From NCBI GenBank assembly GCA_046292385.1, contig JBKBRF010000014.1:24234-88233 (forward strand): a stretch of 64,000 nt of DNA, read 5' to 3'. Source of the DNA: Armatimonadota bacterium. GTDB lineage: Bacteria > Armatimonadota > SYMT01. The position numbers were made by a program, and so were the translations under genes. The notes beneath the pieces were generated by a model. It was not told the origin of the DNA and did no database searches. It saw nothing but the letters and a program-made list of their open reading frames with translations. Below, piece by piece: positions 10,589-23,420 of this stretch; the stretch's first letter is position 1, and each line of letters begins with the position of its first letter.

Positions 10589-11158
10589 ATGGCGGAGGCG
10601 CGGCGTCTCATCGTGGGAATCACCGGCGCGACCGGCATCGCCTACGGAATCCGGATCCTGGAGCTGCTGCGGGAGACCGACGTGGAGGCGCATCTCGTCA
10701 TCTCCCGCGCGGGAGAGCTGACGCGGAGCTACGAGAGCGAGCTTTCCTCGGATCAGCTCCGCGGCCTGGCGGACGTGGTCTACCCGATCACCGACGTCGG
10801 CGCGGCGATCGCGAGCGGCTCGTTCAAAACGCTGGGAATGATCGTGGCGCCCTGCTCGATCCGGAGCCTCTCCGAGATCGCCACCGGGGTCACGAGCAGC
10901 CTGCTGACGCGCGCGGCCGACGTGGTGCTGAAGGAGCGGCGCCGCCTGGTGCTGATGGTGCGGGAGACGCCGCTGCACGCCGGGCACCTGCGCAGCATGC
11001 TGGCGGTCACGGAGGCGGGCGGCATCATCGCCCCGCCGGTGCCCGCCTTCTACACGCGCCCGGAGACACTGGACGACATCGTCACCCAGACCGCCGGGCG
11101 GATGCTCGACCTGTTCGACATCGAGACCGGCGTGGTGAAGCGCTGGCGAGACGAGTGA
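10589..11158 (+). CDS. ubiX: Flavin prenyltransferase UbiX
   Basis: GITGATG, IASGS, APCS, RAADVVLKERRRLVLMVRETP, PPVPAFY. Confidence 0.95.
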   Translation: MAEARRLIVGITGATGIAYGIRILELLRETDVEAHLVISRAGELTRSYESELSSDQLRGLADVVYPITDVGAAIASGSFKTLGMIVAPCSIRSLSEIATGVTSSLLTRAADVVLKERRRLVLMVRETPLHAGHLRSMLAVTEAGGIIAPPVPAFYTRPETLDDIVTQTAGRMLDLFDIETGVVKRWRDE

Positions 11159-11177
11159 CGGGGAAGCGAGGTTTGCG

Positions 11178-13262
11178 GTGACCACGCAAGTACGGGGCGC
11201 CTGCCCTCACAACTGTCCGGATACCTGCGGCTGGGTCGTGACGCTGGACGACGCCGGCACTCCGGTGAAGATCCAGGGCAACCCGGAGCATCCCTATACC
11301 GGCGGCTGGCTCTGCACCAAGGTGAACCGCTACCTGGAGTGGGTGCTGCACCCGGAGCGGCTGCGCCGGCCGCTGCGCCGGGTCGGCGCGAAGGGGGAGG
11401 GGCGCTTCGAGCCGATCTCCTGGGAGGAAGCGCTGGACGAGATCGCCTCGCGCTGGCAGGGCCTGATCGCGGAGCACGGACCCGAGGCGATCCTGCCCTA
11501 CAGCTACTCCGGCACGCTGGGTCTGGTGCAGTGCGAGGTGGCGAACCGGAGGCTCTGGACCCGGATGGGCGCCTCCGGGCTCGACCGCACCATTTGCTCC
11601 GTCGCCGGCACGGAAGCGCTGCGGGTGACGGTCGGCGGCAGCTTCGGCACCGACCCCGAGGCGGTGGTCGAGAGCCGGCTGGTGCTGCTCTGGGGCACCA
11701 ACCCGGCGAGCACCCACCCGCACTTCATCCCCTGGCTGGACGAAGCTCGCCGCCGCGGCGCGAAGGTCTACCTGATCGATCCCCACCGCTCGCTCACCGC
11801 CCGGCGCGCCGACGTCCACCTGCGGCCGAGGCCGGGCTCCGATGCCGCGCTGGCGCTCGCGCTGATGCACCTGCTGTTCCGGGACGGGTACGTCGACGAA
11901 GCCTGGGCCGCGGAGCACACCGTCGGGCTCGAGGCGCTGCGGAGCCGCGTCGGCGAGTGGACCCCGGAGCGGGCGGCGGAGGTGACCGGCATCCCCGTCC
12001 CGCAGATCGAGGCGCTGGCGCGCGACTACGGCACCCTTCGGCCGTCGCTGATCCGCACCTCCATGGGGCTGCAGCGCCACAGCAACGGCGGCAACACCAT
12101 CCGCACCCTGGCCTGCCTGCCGGCGCTGGTGGGGCAGTACGGCAAGCCGGGCGGCGGGCTCCTCTACAGCACCGGAGGTTACCTCGCCTGGCCGGGGCAG
12201 GTGCTCTGCCCGGACGAGCTGCGCGCAGCCAGCCCGAACCCGAGCCCGCGGGTGATCAACATGAACCGGCTGGGGGCGGCGCTGGAGCAGGCGGAGCCGC
12301 CGGTCCGCGCCCTCTACGTCTTCAACAGCAACCCGGCCGCGGTGGCGCCGAACTCCAACCGGGTGGCGCGGGGACTGGCGCGGCCGGATCTCTTCACCGT
12401 GGTGCACGAGCTGTTCCTGACCGATACCGCGAAGTGGGCCGACCTCGTGCTGCCGGCGACCAGCCAGTTCGAGCACTGGGATCTGCACAAGGCGTACGGG
12501 CACCTCTACCTCTCGCTGAACCGCCCCGCCATGGCGCCGCTCGGGGAGGCGAAGAGCAACTGGGAGGTGATGCGGCTCCTGGCGGCACGGTTGGGCTATG
12601 CGGAGCCTGCCTTCGCGGAGAGCGCGGAGGAGATCATCCAGGCGGCGCTGGCACAGGGCGGGCCGGCGGTCGAGGGGATCACCTGGGAACGGCTGCTCGA
12701 AGAGGGCTTCTGCCGCCTCAACTACCCGCGTCCGCACGTGCCGTTCGCCGGGGGCCGCTTCCGGACGCCGAGCGGCAAGGTGGAGCTGTTCAGCCAGCAG
12801 TTGGCGGACGCCGGCATGGACCCCCTGCCGGGCTGGGTGCCCGACGTGGAGAGCGCGGAAGGCAGCCCGGAGCGGCAGCGCCGCTATCCCCTGCAGCTGG
12901 TGAGCGCCGCCAGCCACTACTTCCTGAACAGCAGCTTCGGGAACGTCCCGAGCCTACAGCGCCGCCACGGCGACCCGAGCCTGGAGATCCATCCGGACGA
13001 CGCGAGCTCCCGCGGCATCCGGGACGGGGACTGGGTGGAGGTGGCGAACGATCGCGGCGCCTTCCTGGCGCGGGCGCGGGTGGGGGAGACGGTCTCGCCC
13101 GGGTCTCTCTTCAGCCCGACGGTCTGGTGGCGCCGGCACGCGCCGGACAGCCGCAACGCCAACTGCACCACCAGCGACGAGCTCTCCGACTACGCCGGCG
13201 GCGCTACGTTCCACGGGAACCTGGTCGAGGTCACCCTCGCCCCCGCACCCCCCGCTACGTGA
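11178..13262 (+). CDS. Molybdopterin-dependent oxidoreductase with N-terminal 4Fe-4S motif
   Basis: CPHNCPDTC...LCTK, ISWEEALD, TIC, ADLVLPAT, TPSGK, C-terminal bisPGD-binding domain. Confidence 0.92.
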   Translation: MTTQVRGACPHNCPDTCGWVVTLDDAGTPVKIQGNPEHPYTGGWLCTKVNRYLEWVLHPERLRRPLRRVGAKGEGRFEPISWEEALDEIASRWQGLIAEHGPEAILPYSYSGTLGLVQCEVANRRLWTRMGASGLDRTICSVAGTEALRVTVGGSFGTDPEAVVESRLVLLWGTNPASTHPHFIPWLDEARRRGAKVYLIDPHRSLTARRADVHLRPRPGSDAALALALMHLLFRDGYVDEAWAAEHTVGLEALRSRVGEWTPERAAEVTGIPVPQIEALARDYGTLRPSLIRTSMGLQRHSNGGNTIRTLACLPALVGQYGKPGGGLLYSTGGYLAWPGQVLCPDELRAASPNPSPRVINMNRLGAALEQAEPPVRALYVFNSNPAAVAPNSNRVARGLARPDLFTVVHELFLTDTAKWADLVLPATSQFEHWDLHKAYGHLYLSLNRPAMAPLGEAKSNWEVMRLLAARLGYAEPAFAESAEEIIQAALAQGGPAVEGITWERLLEEGFCRLNYPRPHVPFAGGRFRTPSGKVELFSQQLADAGMDPLPGWVPDVESAEGSPERQRRYPLQLVSAASHYFLNSSFGNVPSLQRRHGDPSLEIHPDDASSRGIRDGDWVEVANDRGAFLARARVGETVSPGSLFSPTVWWRRHAPDSRNANCTTSDELSDYAGGATFHGNLVEVTLAPAPPAT

Positions 13263-13947
13263 GGCGGGCGTAGATCCTGGCAAGCAGCGGGAGCGGGACG
13301 TGGGCGGCGTAGAGCGCGAGGATGAGCGCGTAGAGGGCCGTGGTGCGGTACGGGCCGTGGCGCTCGTAGCGGCGGGGGCTCGTCTCGATCTCGAGCGGAA
13401 GCTGCCGGACCCGGCCGTGCTTCCGCAGCCGGCGGTAGAGCTCCGCGTCTTCCATCAGCGGCACGTCCGGATAGCCGCCGACCGCCGCGAAGACCGCGCG
13501 GCGGCAGAAGATGCCGTGGTCGCCGAGCGCGATCCGGAAGAGATCGACTCCCAGGTTGCCCAGGCGGTCGCTGATCCGGTAGACCGGCTCCGGCCGCGGA
13601 ATCCGGAGCCGGAAGCAGCCGCCGGCGAGACGCGGATCCCGCAGCGCCTCCGCCAACGCGGCCGCGGACCGCTCCGGCAGGCGGGAATCGGCGTGGACGA
13701 ACCAGAGCAGCTCTCCGGAGGCGGCGCCCGCGCCCGCGTTCATCTGGCGGGCGCGGCCCGGAGCCGACTGGACCACCCGGTCCGCCAGCGGCCGCGCCAG
13801 CTCGGGCGTGCCGTCGGTGCTGCCGCCGTCGGCGACGATCACCTCCGCGTCCGGCGCTCGCTCGCGCAGGTGCCGCAGGAACGCCTCGATCCCCTCCGCC
13901 TCGCCGCGGGTCGGGACGACGATCGAGAGCGTCAGGCCGGCTTCCAC
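13255..13947 (-). CDS. GT2 glycosyltransferase, TIGR04283-like
   Basis: SIVVP, DGGSTDGT, GRARQMNAGA, FVHAD, GDHGIF, LMED, TSPRR; GTG start approximate. Confidence 0.88.
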   Translation of the reverse strand: MEAGLTLSIVVPTRGEAEGIEAFLRHLRERAPDAEVIVADGGSTDGTPELARPLADRVVQSAPGRARQMNAGAGAASGELLWFVHADSRLPERSAAALAEALRDPRLAGGCFRLRIPRPEPVYRISDRLGNLGVDLFRIALGDHGIFCRRAVFAAVGGYPDVPLMEDAELYRRLRKHGRVRQLPLEIETSPRRYERHGPYRTTALYALILALYAAHVPLPLLARIYARLT

Positions 13948-14894
13948 AGCGGGGCCAGGTCCCGATAGCTCACCCGCTTCACCCCCTCGCGCTCCAGCAG
14001 CTTCCGGGCGGCGGGATCGGTGCAGAGGCGGAGCTCGTTGTAGCGCGGCTCCCAGTTGCCGGTGACGTGGCGGATCTCCTCGTCGTTGCCGGCCAGGTGG
14101 ACGATCAGCTCCGTCACGCCCGGCTTCAGCTCCCGCACCAGCTTTTCGAACTCGGTCATCCGGGCCTCGTAGGTGCTGCCGGTGAGGCTCGTGACCAGCC
14201 GGTCGAGGATGACGAAACCGCCCGCCTGAAGCCGCTCGACCATCTTGCCGTAGTCGATTCCGAGCTGCCGTGCCTCGAGCAGGATCTCCGGGGTGGGGCC
14301 GGGGAGCATCGGCATCAGGCGGGTCTCCGCGGCGACCTTCACGTACGCTTCGAAGAAGTCGGGCCGGGAGAAGAGGGTCCCCATGTGGGAGTCGACGTGG
14401 GTCGGCTTCAACCCGAAGGCGAGGGCGCGGTCGATCTGCGCCCGGATCTCCCGCTCCACTTCCTCCGCCCTGGCGTGCTTCGCCACGTCCTCCACGCGCC
14501 GCCAGAGGAAGCCGTCCGGATCGAGCAGGCCCGGGACGCGGTCGGGCGGGGTCACGGGCCGCCAGCGGTAGTGCTGCCACTCGCTGGTGAGGGTGAGGTG
14601 CAGCCCCAGGCACGCCTCCGGGTGCGCCTTCGACCAGGCGGCGATGGCGGGGAACCAGGGACACGGCACCATGATGCTGCCGGAGCTGACGATTCCCTCG
14701 GTCAGTGCCCGCTGCGAGGCGGCGTTGACCGAGTGGCACATCCCGATGTCGTCGGCGTGGATCATCAGGAGCCGGGTCTCCGGCCCGTGTCCCAGCCGCT
14801 CCGCCAGGGTTGCCGCGCGCGCGGGCCGCCCGCCCGCCAGCGACCAGGCGCCCAGCGCCCCCGCACCCAGGGTCAGCAGTTTCCGCCGGTTCAC
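13932..14894 (-). CDS. YdjC/ChbG-family carbohydrate deacetylase with Tat signal
   Basis: NRRKLL Tat motif; IHADDIG, GLHLTL, THVDSHMG, ELIVH. Confidence 0.9.
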   Translation of the reverse strand: MNRRKLLTLGAGALGAWSLAGGRPARAATLAERLGHGPETRLLMIHADDIGMCHSVNAASQRALTEGIVSSGSIMVPCPWFPAIAAWSKAHPEACLGLHLTLTSEWQHYRWRPVTPPDRVPGLLDPDGFLWRRVEDVAKHARAEEVEREIRAQIDRALAFGLKPTHVDSHMGTLFSRPDFFEAYVKVAAETRLMPMLPGPTPEILLEARQLGIDYGKMVERLQAGGFVILDRLVTSLTGSTYEARMTEFEKLVRELKPGVTELIVHLAGNDEEIRHVTGNWEPRYNELRLCTDPAARKLLEREGVKRVSYRDLAPLWKPA

Positions 14895-15062
14895 GCTCCG
14901 CCGTCCTTTCCGGGCCGCCACTGCGGCTCGCACCAGAGACAGGTCAGCGACCGCCCGACCGGATTCCTGCGCCCGGGGATGGTGCGGCGCCCGACCGGGG
15001 AATACCGCTATAGTGGAATTGGCGGCGCGGTGCAGGGTACGGGGGGCGAGGGCGGCAATCTG

Positions 15063-16310
15063 ATGCTTGAGATGACCTGGCCCCGCTCCTCCATCGCTTT
15101 CCTCCTGCTCGCCGGCGGCATCAGTGCCGCCTCCGCTGCGCCTGCCGTCGCCCCAAAACCGGCCGCGGCTCCGAATCCGGCCGCGGCTCCCGCGCTGCGG
15201 GCGCCGGAGGTGACGGTCGACGGCTATCGGTTTGTCATCGAGCGCATCACGCAGCAGGAGAACCTGGCGCTCGACCTCGAGCCGGCCGGCGCTCCGGTGC
15301 AGGGGCAGCAGTTCGTCTTCCTGGAGCTGGCCGTCTATCCGCCCGATCCGAAGCAAGCGGTGAACGTGGAGGGACTCGACGCGCGGCTGGTCGCGTTCGC
15401 CAACGGCTCCCGGGCCGTGGCACTGCAGCCGCAGGGTGCGGAGGAGAACGACGCCCGCTCCACCGGCGTCTGGCGCACGCGGCTGATGGCTTCCGGGCTC
15501 GATCTCTCGGTGGGGCGGCTCAGCCGGCTGCAGGGCGAGCTGGTGGTCTACCCGCAGTCGCAGCTCCTGACCCTAGACTTTCCGCTCGCCGAGAAGCTGC
15601 CGCTCACGCGCCGCGCCGAGAGCTTCCGCGCGACGCTGAAGCGGGTCCAGCCGCGGAACGAGGCGATCACCGCCGTGGTGGAGATGGCCTGGGACTCCGG
15701 CAGCAGCATCGCCCGGGCGAATCCGGAGGCGCCGTTCGGCATCACCGCGGTCACCAAGGGCGGCGCCGTCCTGCTCCCGAACGGCGGGGGCAGCAGCAGC
15801 CCGGTGGTGCGCGGGCCGATCACCACCCGGGAGTATACGGTGACGTTTACCGACCTGGCCGAGACACCGGCTTCCGTCCGCGTGCAGCTCCTCCTGCGCT
15901 ACGGCACGCCGAAGCGCCTGGCGTTCACGCTTCCCGAGATCCACCTGCCGGACACGCTCCCGCTGGCGGAGCACCTGGCCGGCGAGGAGACCGAGGCGCC
16001 GCCGCTCTGGCCCGGCCACCCGCTCTACGCGGAGCGCGGCGGCACGCTCAAGGTGCTCGGAAAGGCCGCGGCCGAAGAGCAGAAGCCGCTGCGGCTCGGC
16101 TTCTCCCGCAAGTCCGCGGCCGCCTTCGGTCCGTGGCGCTGGCTGCTGGTTCCGGTCGGCGCGGACGGCACCGCCACGCTGCGCCACCTGCTGCCGGGCC
16201 GCTACCGCGTAGCGCGCGCCGGGGCGCCGGAAGGGGAGGCGCCGGTCGAGATCGAGATCACCGCCGGTGGGACGGCGTCCCTGCCGGGCGCGGGAGGGTT
16301 GGGCCAGTGA
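15063..16310 (+). CDS. Secreted hypothetical protein; C-terminal carboxypeptidase-regulatory-like beta domain
   Basis: Signal peptide; ADGTATLRHLLPGRYRV motif; paralogous to the next gene. Confidence 0.7.
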   Translation: MLEMTWPRSSIAFLLLAGGISAASAAPAVAPKPAAAPNPAAAPALRAPEVTVDGYRFVIERITQQENLALDLEPAGAPVQGQQFVFLELAVYPPDPKQAVNVEGLDARLVAFANGSRAVALQPQGAEENDARSTGVWRTRLMASGLDLSVGRLSRLQGELVVYPQSQLLTLDFPLAEKLPLTRRAESFRATLKRVQPRNEAITAVVEMAWDSGSSIARANPEAPFGITAVTKGGAVLLPNGGGSSSPVVRGPITTREYTVTFTDLAETPASVRVQLLLRYGTPKRLAFTLPEIHLPDTLPLAEHLAGEETEAPPLWPGHPLYAERGGTLKVLGKAAAEEQKPLRLGFSRKSAAAFGPWRWLLVPVGADGTATLRHLLPGRYRVARAGAPEGEAPVEIEITAGGTASLPGAGGLGQ

Positions 16311-17197
16311 GATGGTATGCCGCCGCCGGCCGAGCGGTCACGCTTCTGCTGCTGGGACTCTCCGCGCTCTCCGCGCCCGCCACCGGAGCCCAGAACGGCT
16401 CACGCGTGACGGTGGGCCCCTACCGGGTATCGGTAGACCGCGTCACCTCCGTGCGGAAGCTGGTGGTCGGCTTCGACGTGCCGGGCCGGGAAAAGGCGGA
16501 GGCGGGCGCGCAGGCGAGCCGGACGGTGCAGCTCCAGGTTTCGGTGAACACCGACGATCCGAAGGCGGCGGCGGGGCTGGTCACCTTCAAGCTGGAGGAG
16601 ATGCTGGTAGAGCAGGGGCGGCGGCTGGTCTCGCTGCCGCACTACGGCGGGGTGCTGGAGACGGCAAACGACTCGGCCGTGGTCCGCGCCTATCTCTACG
16701 TCCCGAGCTTCCCGGCGCTGCATTCGGAGATCCGCTCCTTGCAGGGAGAGATCGCGGCGTATGAAAACGCCTCGATCGAGGAGCTGATGCTGCCGGTCGA
16801 TCCCGCCGGCCCCACCACGGTGGAGGGGCGCGGCGGTCTCAAGGCGACCTTGCAGAGCGTAAAGGTGGAAGGCTCCACCGCGCGGGTCGAGCTGGACCTC
16901 TCCGGGCCGGAGGGCACCCAGCTCCTGGCGCCGCTGGCGGACGGCACGCACGGGGTGACCCTGCAGGACGCGCAGGGGCGGGAGGCGGCGCCCTCCGGCG
17001 GGAGCATGGAGCATCCCCGGCCGGGGAGCGCGGAGTATCGGGTCGGGTTCCGGGGCCTACGCGGCGAGCCGAAAACGGTGGCGCTGCGCGTGCTGGTGCG
17101 CTCCGGCGCCCGGCGCATCTATCCGTTCCGGCTGGAGCGAATTCCGCTCCCGGTTCGGCCGGTCGCGGGGGCCGAGCAGGCCGCTGACGAGGAGTAG
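16307..17197 (+). CDS. Secreted hypothetical protein (paralog of upstream gene)
   Basis: GTGA overlap; signal peptide; collinear similarity to 15063..16310. Confidence 0.7.
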   Translation: MRWYAAAGRAVTLLLLGLSALSAPATGAQNGSRVTVGPYRVSVDRVTSVRKLVVGFDVPGREKAEAGAQASRTVQLQVSVNTDDPKAAAGLVTFKLEEMLVEQGRRLVSLPHYGGVLETANDSAVVRAYLYVPSFPALHSEIRSLQGEIAAYENASIEELMLPVDPAGPTTVEGRGGLKATLQSVKVEGSTARVELDLSGPEGTQLLAPLADGTHGVTLQDAQGREAAPSGGSMEHPRPGSAEYRVGFRGLRGEPKTVALRVLVRSGARRIYPFRLERIPLPVRPVAGAEQAADEE

Positions 17198-17722
17198 CAT
17201 CAGCACCAGCCCCGCCACGAGCATCGCGAGCGCCGTGGCGAGGAGGCGCTTGCGGCGGTCCCGCAGGTACTGGATCATCTCGGTCACTTCGGTGCTGCGG
17301 GCGGCGTAGCTCCGGGCCAGCACCTCCTGCTCCGGCACCACCGGCTCTTCCTGCTCGATCTGCGGATCGAGGGTGAGCAGCGACAGCTCTCCGGCCAGCT
17401 CGGAGACGGTGCGGAGGGCGCGGTCCACTACCGCTTCATCCTGCAGGAACGGCACGTAGAGATGGAGGCCGGTCTCCTCATAGGGGAAATCGGCGCGGCC
17501 TCGCTGGGCCTCCGGGTCGTCCTCCGGAGGCTCGAAGGTAAAGGCGAACTCCCCGCCGGAGGCATCGACGCACCGGTAGAGCACCGACGTCGCCGTATCC
17601 GGCTCGTCGTCCTCGGAGGTCTCCCGGCTGAACCCCGGACGGGTCGCCAGGGCGGTGTCGAGCTCCTCAACGTGGAGCACCGGCTGACCGACGCGGCGGT
17701 AGAAAATCAGCTCCCAGGCCAC
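17057..17722 (-). CDS. Hypothetical protein with C-terminal TM helix
   Basis: GTG start after GGGAG; acidic globular region, then RRKR and a hydrophobic helix. Confidence 0.65.
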   Translation of the reverse strand: MAWELIFYRRVGQPVLHVEELDTALATRPGFSRETSEDDEPDTATSVLYRCVDASGGEFAFTFEPPEDDPEAQRGRADFPYEETGLHLYVPFLQDEAVVDRALRTVSELAGELSLLTLDPQIEQEEPVVPEQEVLARSYAARSTEVTEMIQYLRDRRKRLLATALAMLVAGLVLMLLLVSGLLGPRDRPNRERNSLQPERIDAPGAGAHQHAQRHRFRLAA

Positions 17723-17852
17723 TTTGTCTCCCTAACCCACCGTCGCGCCTGCCGCGGGGCCGGCGGCGCTTGCCCTGGCAAACGGCTACGTGGTACGATG
17801 GCGGCACGGAGCCGCCCTTCTCACCTTCGCGCTCGCTCCGCCGGATACATTC

Positions 17853-18281
17853 ATGGGACGCGCAATCGCCATACTTTCGGTCGTGGTGGTCTGCAGCTTC
17901 GGACTGGTGCTGCTCCTCCTCTGGATGCGGCGTCCCGGTGCTTCGGACCGCCCGCCGACCCCACGGACGCTCCTGCAGACCCGGGAAGACGGCTCCCTCT
18001 ACTCCGTCGGTCTCCGCATGGAGCGGCTGGAAGACCGGCTGGTCGACGAGGAGAAGCGGTCGCTGCGCCTGGAGCAGCAGCTCGAGACGCTCCGCCAGGA
18101 GCGGGACACGCTGCAGGGTAAGATCGGTGGGCTGGAAGGCGAGGTGAGCCGCCTCCAGCGCCAGCTCCGCGAAGCGCAGCAGCGCCGCGAAGAGCCGGAG
18201 GAGCCGGCCCCCGAAGTGGAAACCCCGGAGCCGACCCCGGAGCCGAATACGCCCGGCGTAACCCCCGCTCCCACCCCGTAG
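17853..18281 (+). CDS. Membrane-anchored coiled-coil protein
   Basis: N-terminal TM, heptad coiled coil, Pro/Glu tail. Confidence 0.7.
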   Translation: MGRAIAILSVVVVCSFGLVLLLLWMRRPGASDRPPTPRTLLQTREDGSLYSVGLRMERLEDRLVDEEKRSLRLEQQLETLRQERDTLQGKIGGLEGEVSRLQRQLREAQQRREEPEEPAPEVETPEPTPEPNTPGVTPAPTP

Positions 18282-18404
18282 CACCCCCTAGAGAGTGATT
18301 CGAACCAGAGTAGAGAAGGAGAACGAGAAGGAGTAGGAGTAGGAGCGGCCGTGCCCGGGAGGTCCGGCTTCATCCCTCATCCTTCCTCGTTCATCCCTCG
18401 AAAG

Positions 18405-21690
<3,286 letters not shown>

Positions 21691-21698
<8 letters not shown>

Positions 21699-21774
21699 AA
21701 GGCGAAAGGCAGAAGGCAAAAGGCAAAAGGCAAAAGGCAAAAGGCAAAAGGCAGAAGGCAGAAGGCAAAAGGCT
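21691..21774. repeat. Heptamer tandem repeat (RAAGGCD)x12
   Basis: Twelve consecutive AAAGGCA/GAAGGCA-type units counted by eye. Confidence 0.95.
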
Positions 21775-21847
21775 AAAGGGTGGACCCGGGAAGTGCTGTT
21801 CTGCTTTCGGGGCGGGGTCGCTTTTCGGGCGCAAGCCTGTGCCAGCG

Positions 21848-21910
21848 GTACTGCCGGAGTGACGCGCTTGCGCGGCCCTTCATTCCGTGGTGAAGTCGGC
21901 TTCGCCCAGC
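21848..21910 (+). repeat. REP-like dispersed repeat, core GGAGTGACGCGCTTGCGCGGCC (copy 1)
   Basis: Identical 22-nt core at 51744 (+) and 51852 (-). Confidence 0.85.
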
Positions 21911-22169
21911 AGGGCCCCGCAGAAGGAGTACCTCCGAGATATCAATCTTATGTTTGCATTCTACAGCATAAGACGCCGCTCCGGCCCCCGGTTGTCTCCC
22001 CGCAGAGGTGGCAGTTTGCGGCAATCGGCCCGCCTGCGGCTCGAGCACGATGCTCCCTCCGCTCGGCGAAGGCGTCGGCCATTTGTCACCGCCTGTGAAA
22101 AAATGGACAAAACGCCGGAGTAAAACTCCCCACCCGTAGACCGCGGGCGAACTTCCTTGTGGAGAGGAG

Positions 22170-23420
22170 GTGAGCCCCCTGTTACGAGGTGGAGACGTGC
22201 AAGAGATTCAGACCCTTAAACGGCAGGGCCTGTCGATCAGCGCCATTAGTGCTCTGACCGGCTTCGATCGCAAGACGGTGCGCAAGTATCTGGCCGAGGC
22301 GGCGCCGGTGCCGGCCTACGGCCCCCGCACTCCCCGGCCCAGCAAACTGGAGCCGTTCCGGCACTATCTCGACTCCCGGCTGCAAGCCGGCGTCTGGAAC
22401 GCACAGGTCCTGCTCCGAGAGTTGCGGGAGCAGGGCTACCCGGGCGGTTACACGCTCGTCAAAGACTACCTGCAGCCGCGGCGGCAAGCCGCGCGGGAGG
22501 TCGCGGTGCGGCGCTTCGAGACCCCAGCCGGACACCAGGCACAGGTGGACTGGGGCGATCTCGGACACCTGGAGAGCCCCGACGGACGGCAGCCGCTCTA
22601 CGGCTTCGTCCTCACCCTCGGCTACAGCCGGGCGATGTTTGCCCAGCTCGCCACGGACCAGACCCTCTCCACGCTGCTCTCCCTGCACGAGGCGGCGTTC
22701 CACGCGCTCGGAGGCGTGCCGCGGGAGATCCTTTATGACCGGATGAAGACGGTGGTGCTGGGGGTGGACGAGCGCGGCGAGATCCGCTGGCACCCGCTGT
22801 TTCAGGACTTCGCCCGGTACTGGGGCTTCACGCCGCGGCTCTGTCGGGCTTACCGCCCCCAGACCAAAGGCAAAGTCGAGAGCGGCATCAAGTACGTGCG
22901 CCGCAACTTCCTCTGTGGGCGCACCGCCACCTCGCTCTCCGATCTGCAGGATCAGCTGCGGGTCTGGACCGCCGAGGTCGCGCTGCCGCGCGTCCATGGC
23001 ACCACGCATCGAGTCGTGCGGGAGGCCTGGGAGGAGGAGCGGCCACACCTCCTGCCGGTGCGGGGACGGCCGCCGTTTCCCCACTGCCCCGCCCTGGTGC
23101 GGCGGGTGAGCCGCGATGCTTTCGTGAGCTACCGGAGTAACCGCTACTCCGTGCCCTGGACCGCCGTCGGCCAGGAGGTGACCCTGCGTGAGCGCGGCGG
23201 AGAGCTGGAGATCGAGCTCGGAGGCGTCCGGCTCGCTTGCCATCCGCTCTGTCTCGGTAAGCACCAGGTGCGCACGGTCCCGGCTCACCACGACGGCCTG
23301 CCGGAGGCAGTCAGCGAGCGGCCCGGCGGTAAGACCCGGATCACGGTCCCGCTCTCGGGGCCGGAAGTCGAGGTGCGCTCCCTCTCCGCCTACGAGGCGC
23401 TGGCGGGAGTCGCGGCATGA
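22170..23420 (+). CDS. istA: IS21 transposase IstA
   Basis: HTH, RFETPAGHQAQVDWG, LGYSR, YDRMKT, RPQTKGKVE, RVHGTT. Confidence 0.96.
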   Translation: MSPLLRGGDVQEIQTLKRQGLSISAISALTGFDRKTVRKYLAEAAPVPAYGPRTPRPSKLEPFRHYLDSRLQAGVWNAQVLLRELREQGYPGGYTLVKDYLQPRRQAAREVAVRRFETPAGHQAQVDWGDLGHLESPDGRQPLYGFVLTLGYSRAMFAQLATDQTLSTLLSLHEAAFHALGGVPREILYDRMKTVVLGVDERGEIRWHPLFQDFARYWGFTPRLCRAYRPQTKGKVESGIKYVRRNFLCGRTATSLSDLQDQLRVWTAEVALPRVHGTTHRVVREAWEEERPHLLPVRGRPPFPHCPALVRRVSRDAFVSYRSNRYSVPWTAVGQEVTLRERGGELEIELGGVRLACHPLCLGKHQVRTVPAHHDGLPEAVSERPGGKTRITVPLSGPEVEVRSLSAYEALAGVAA

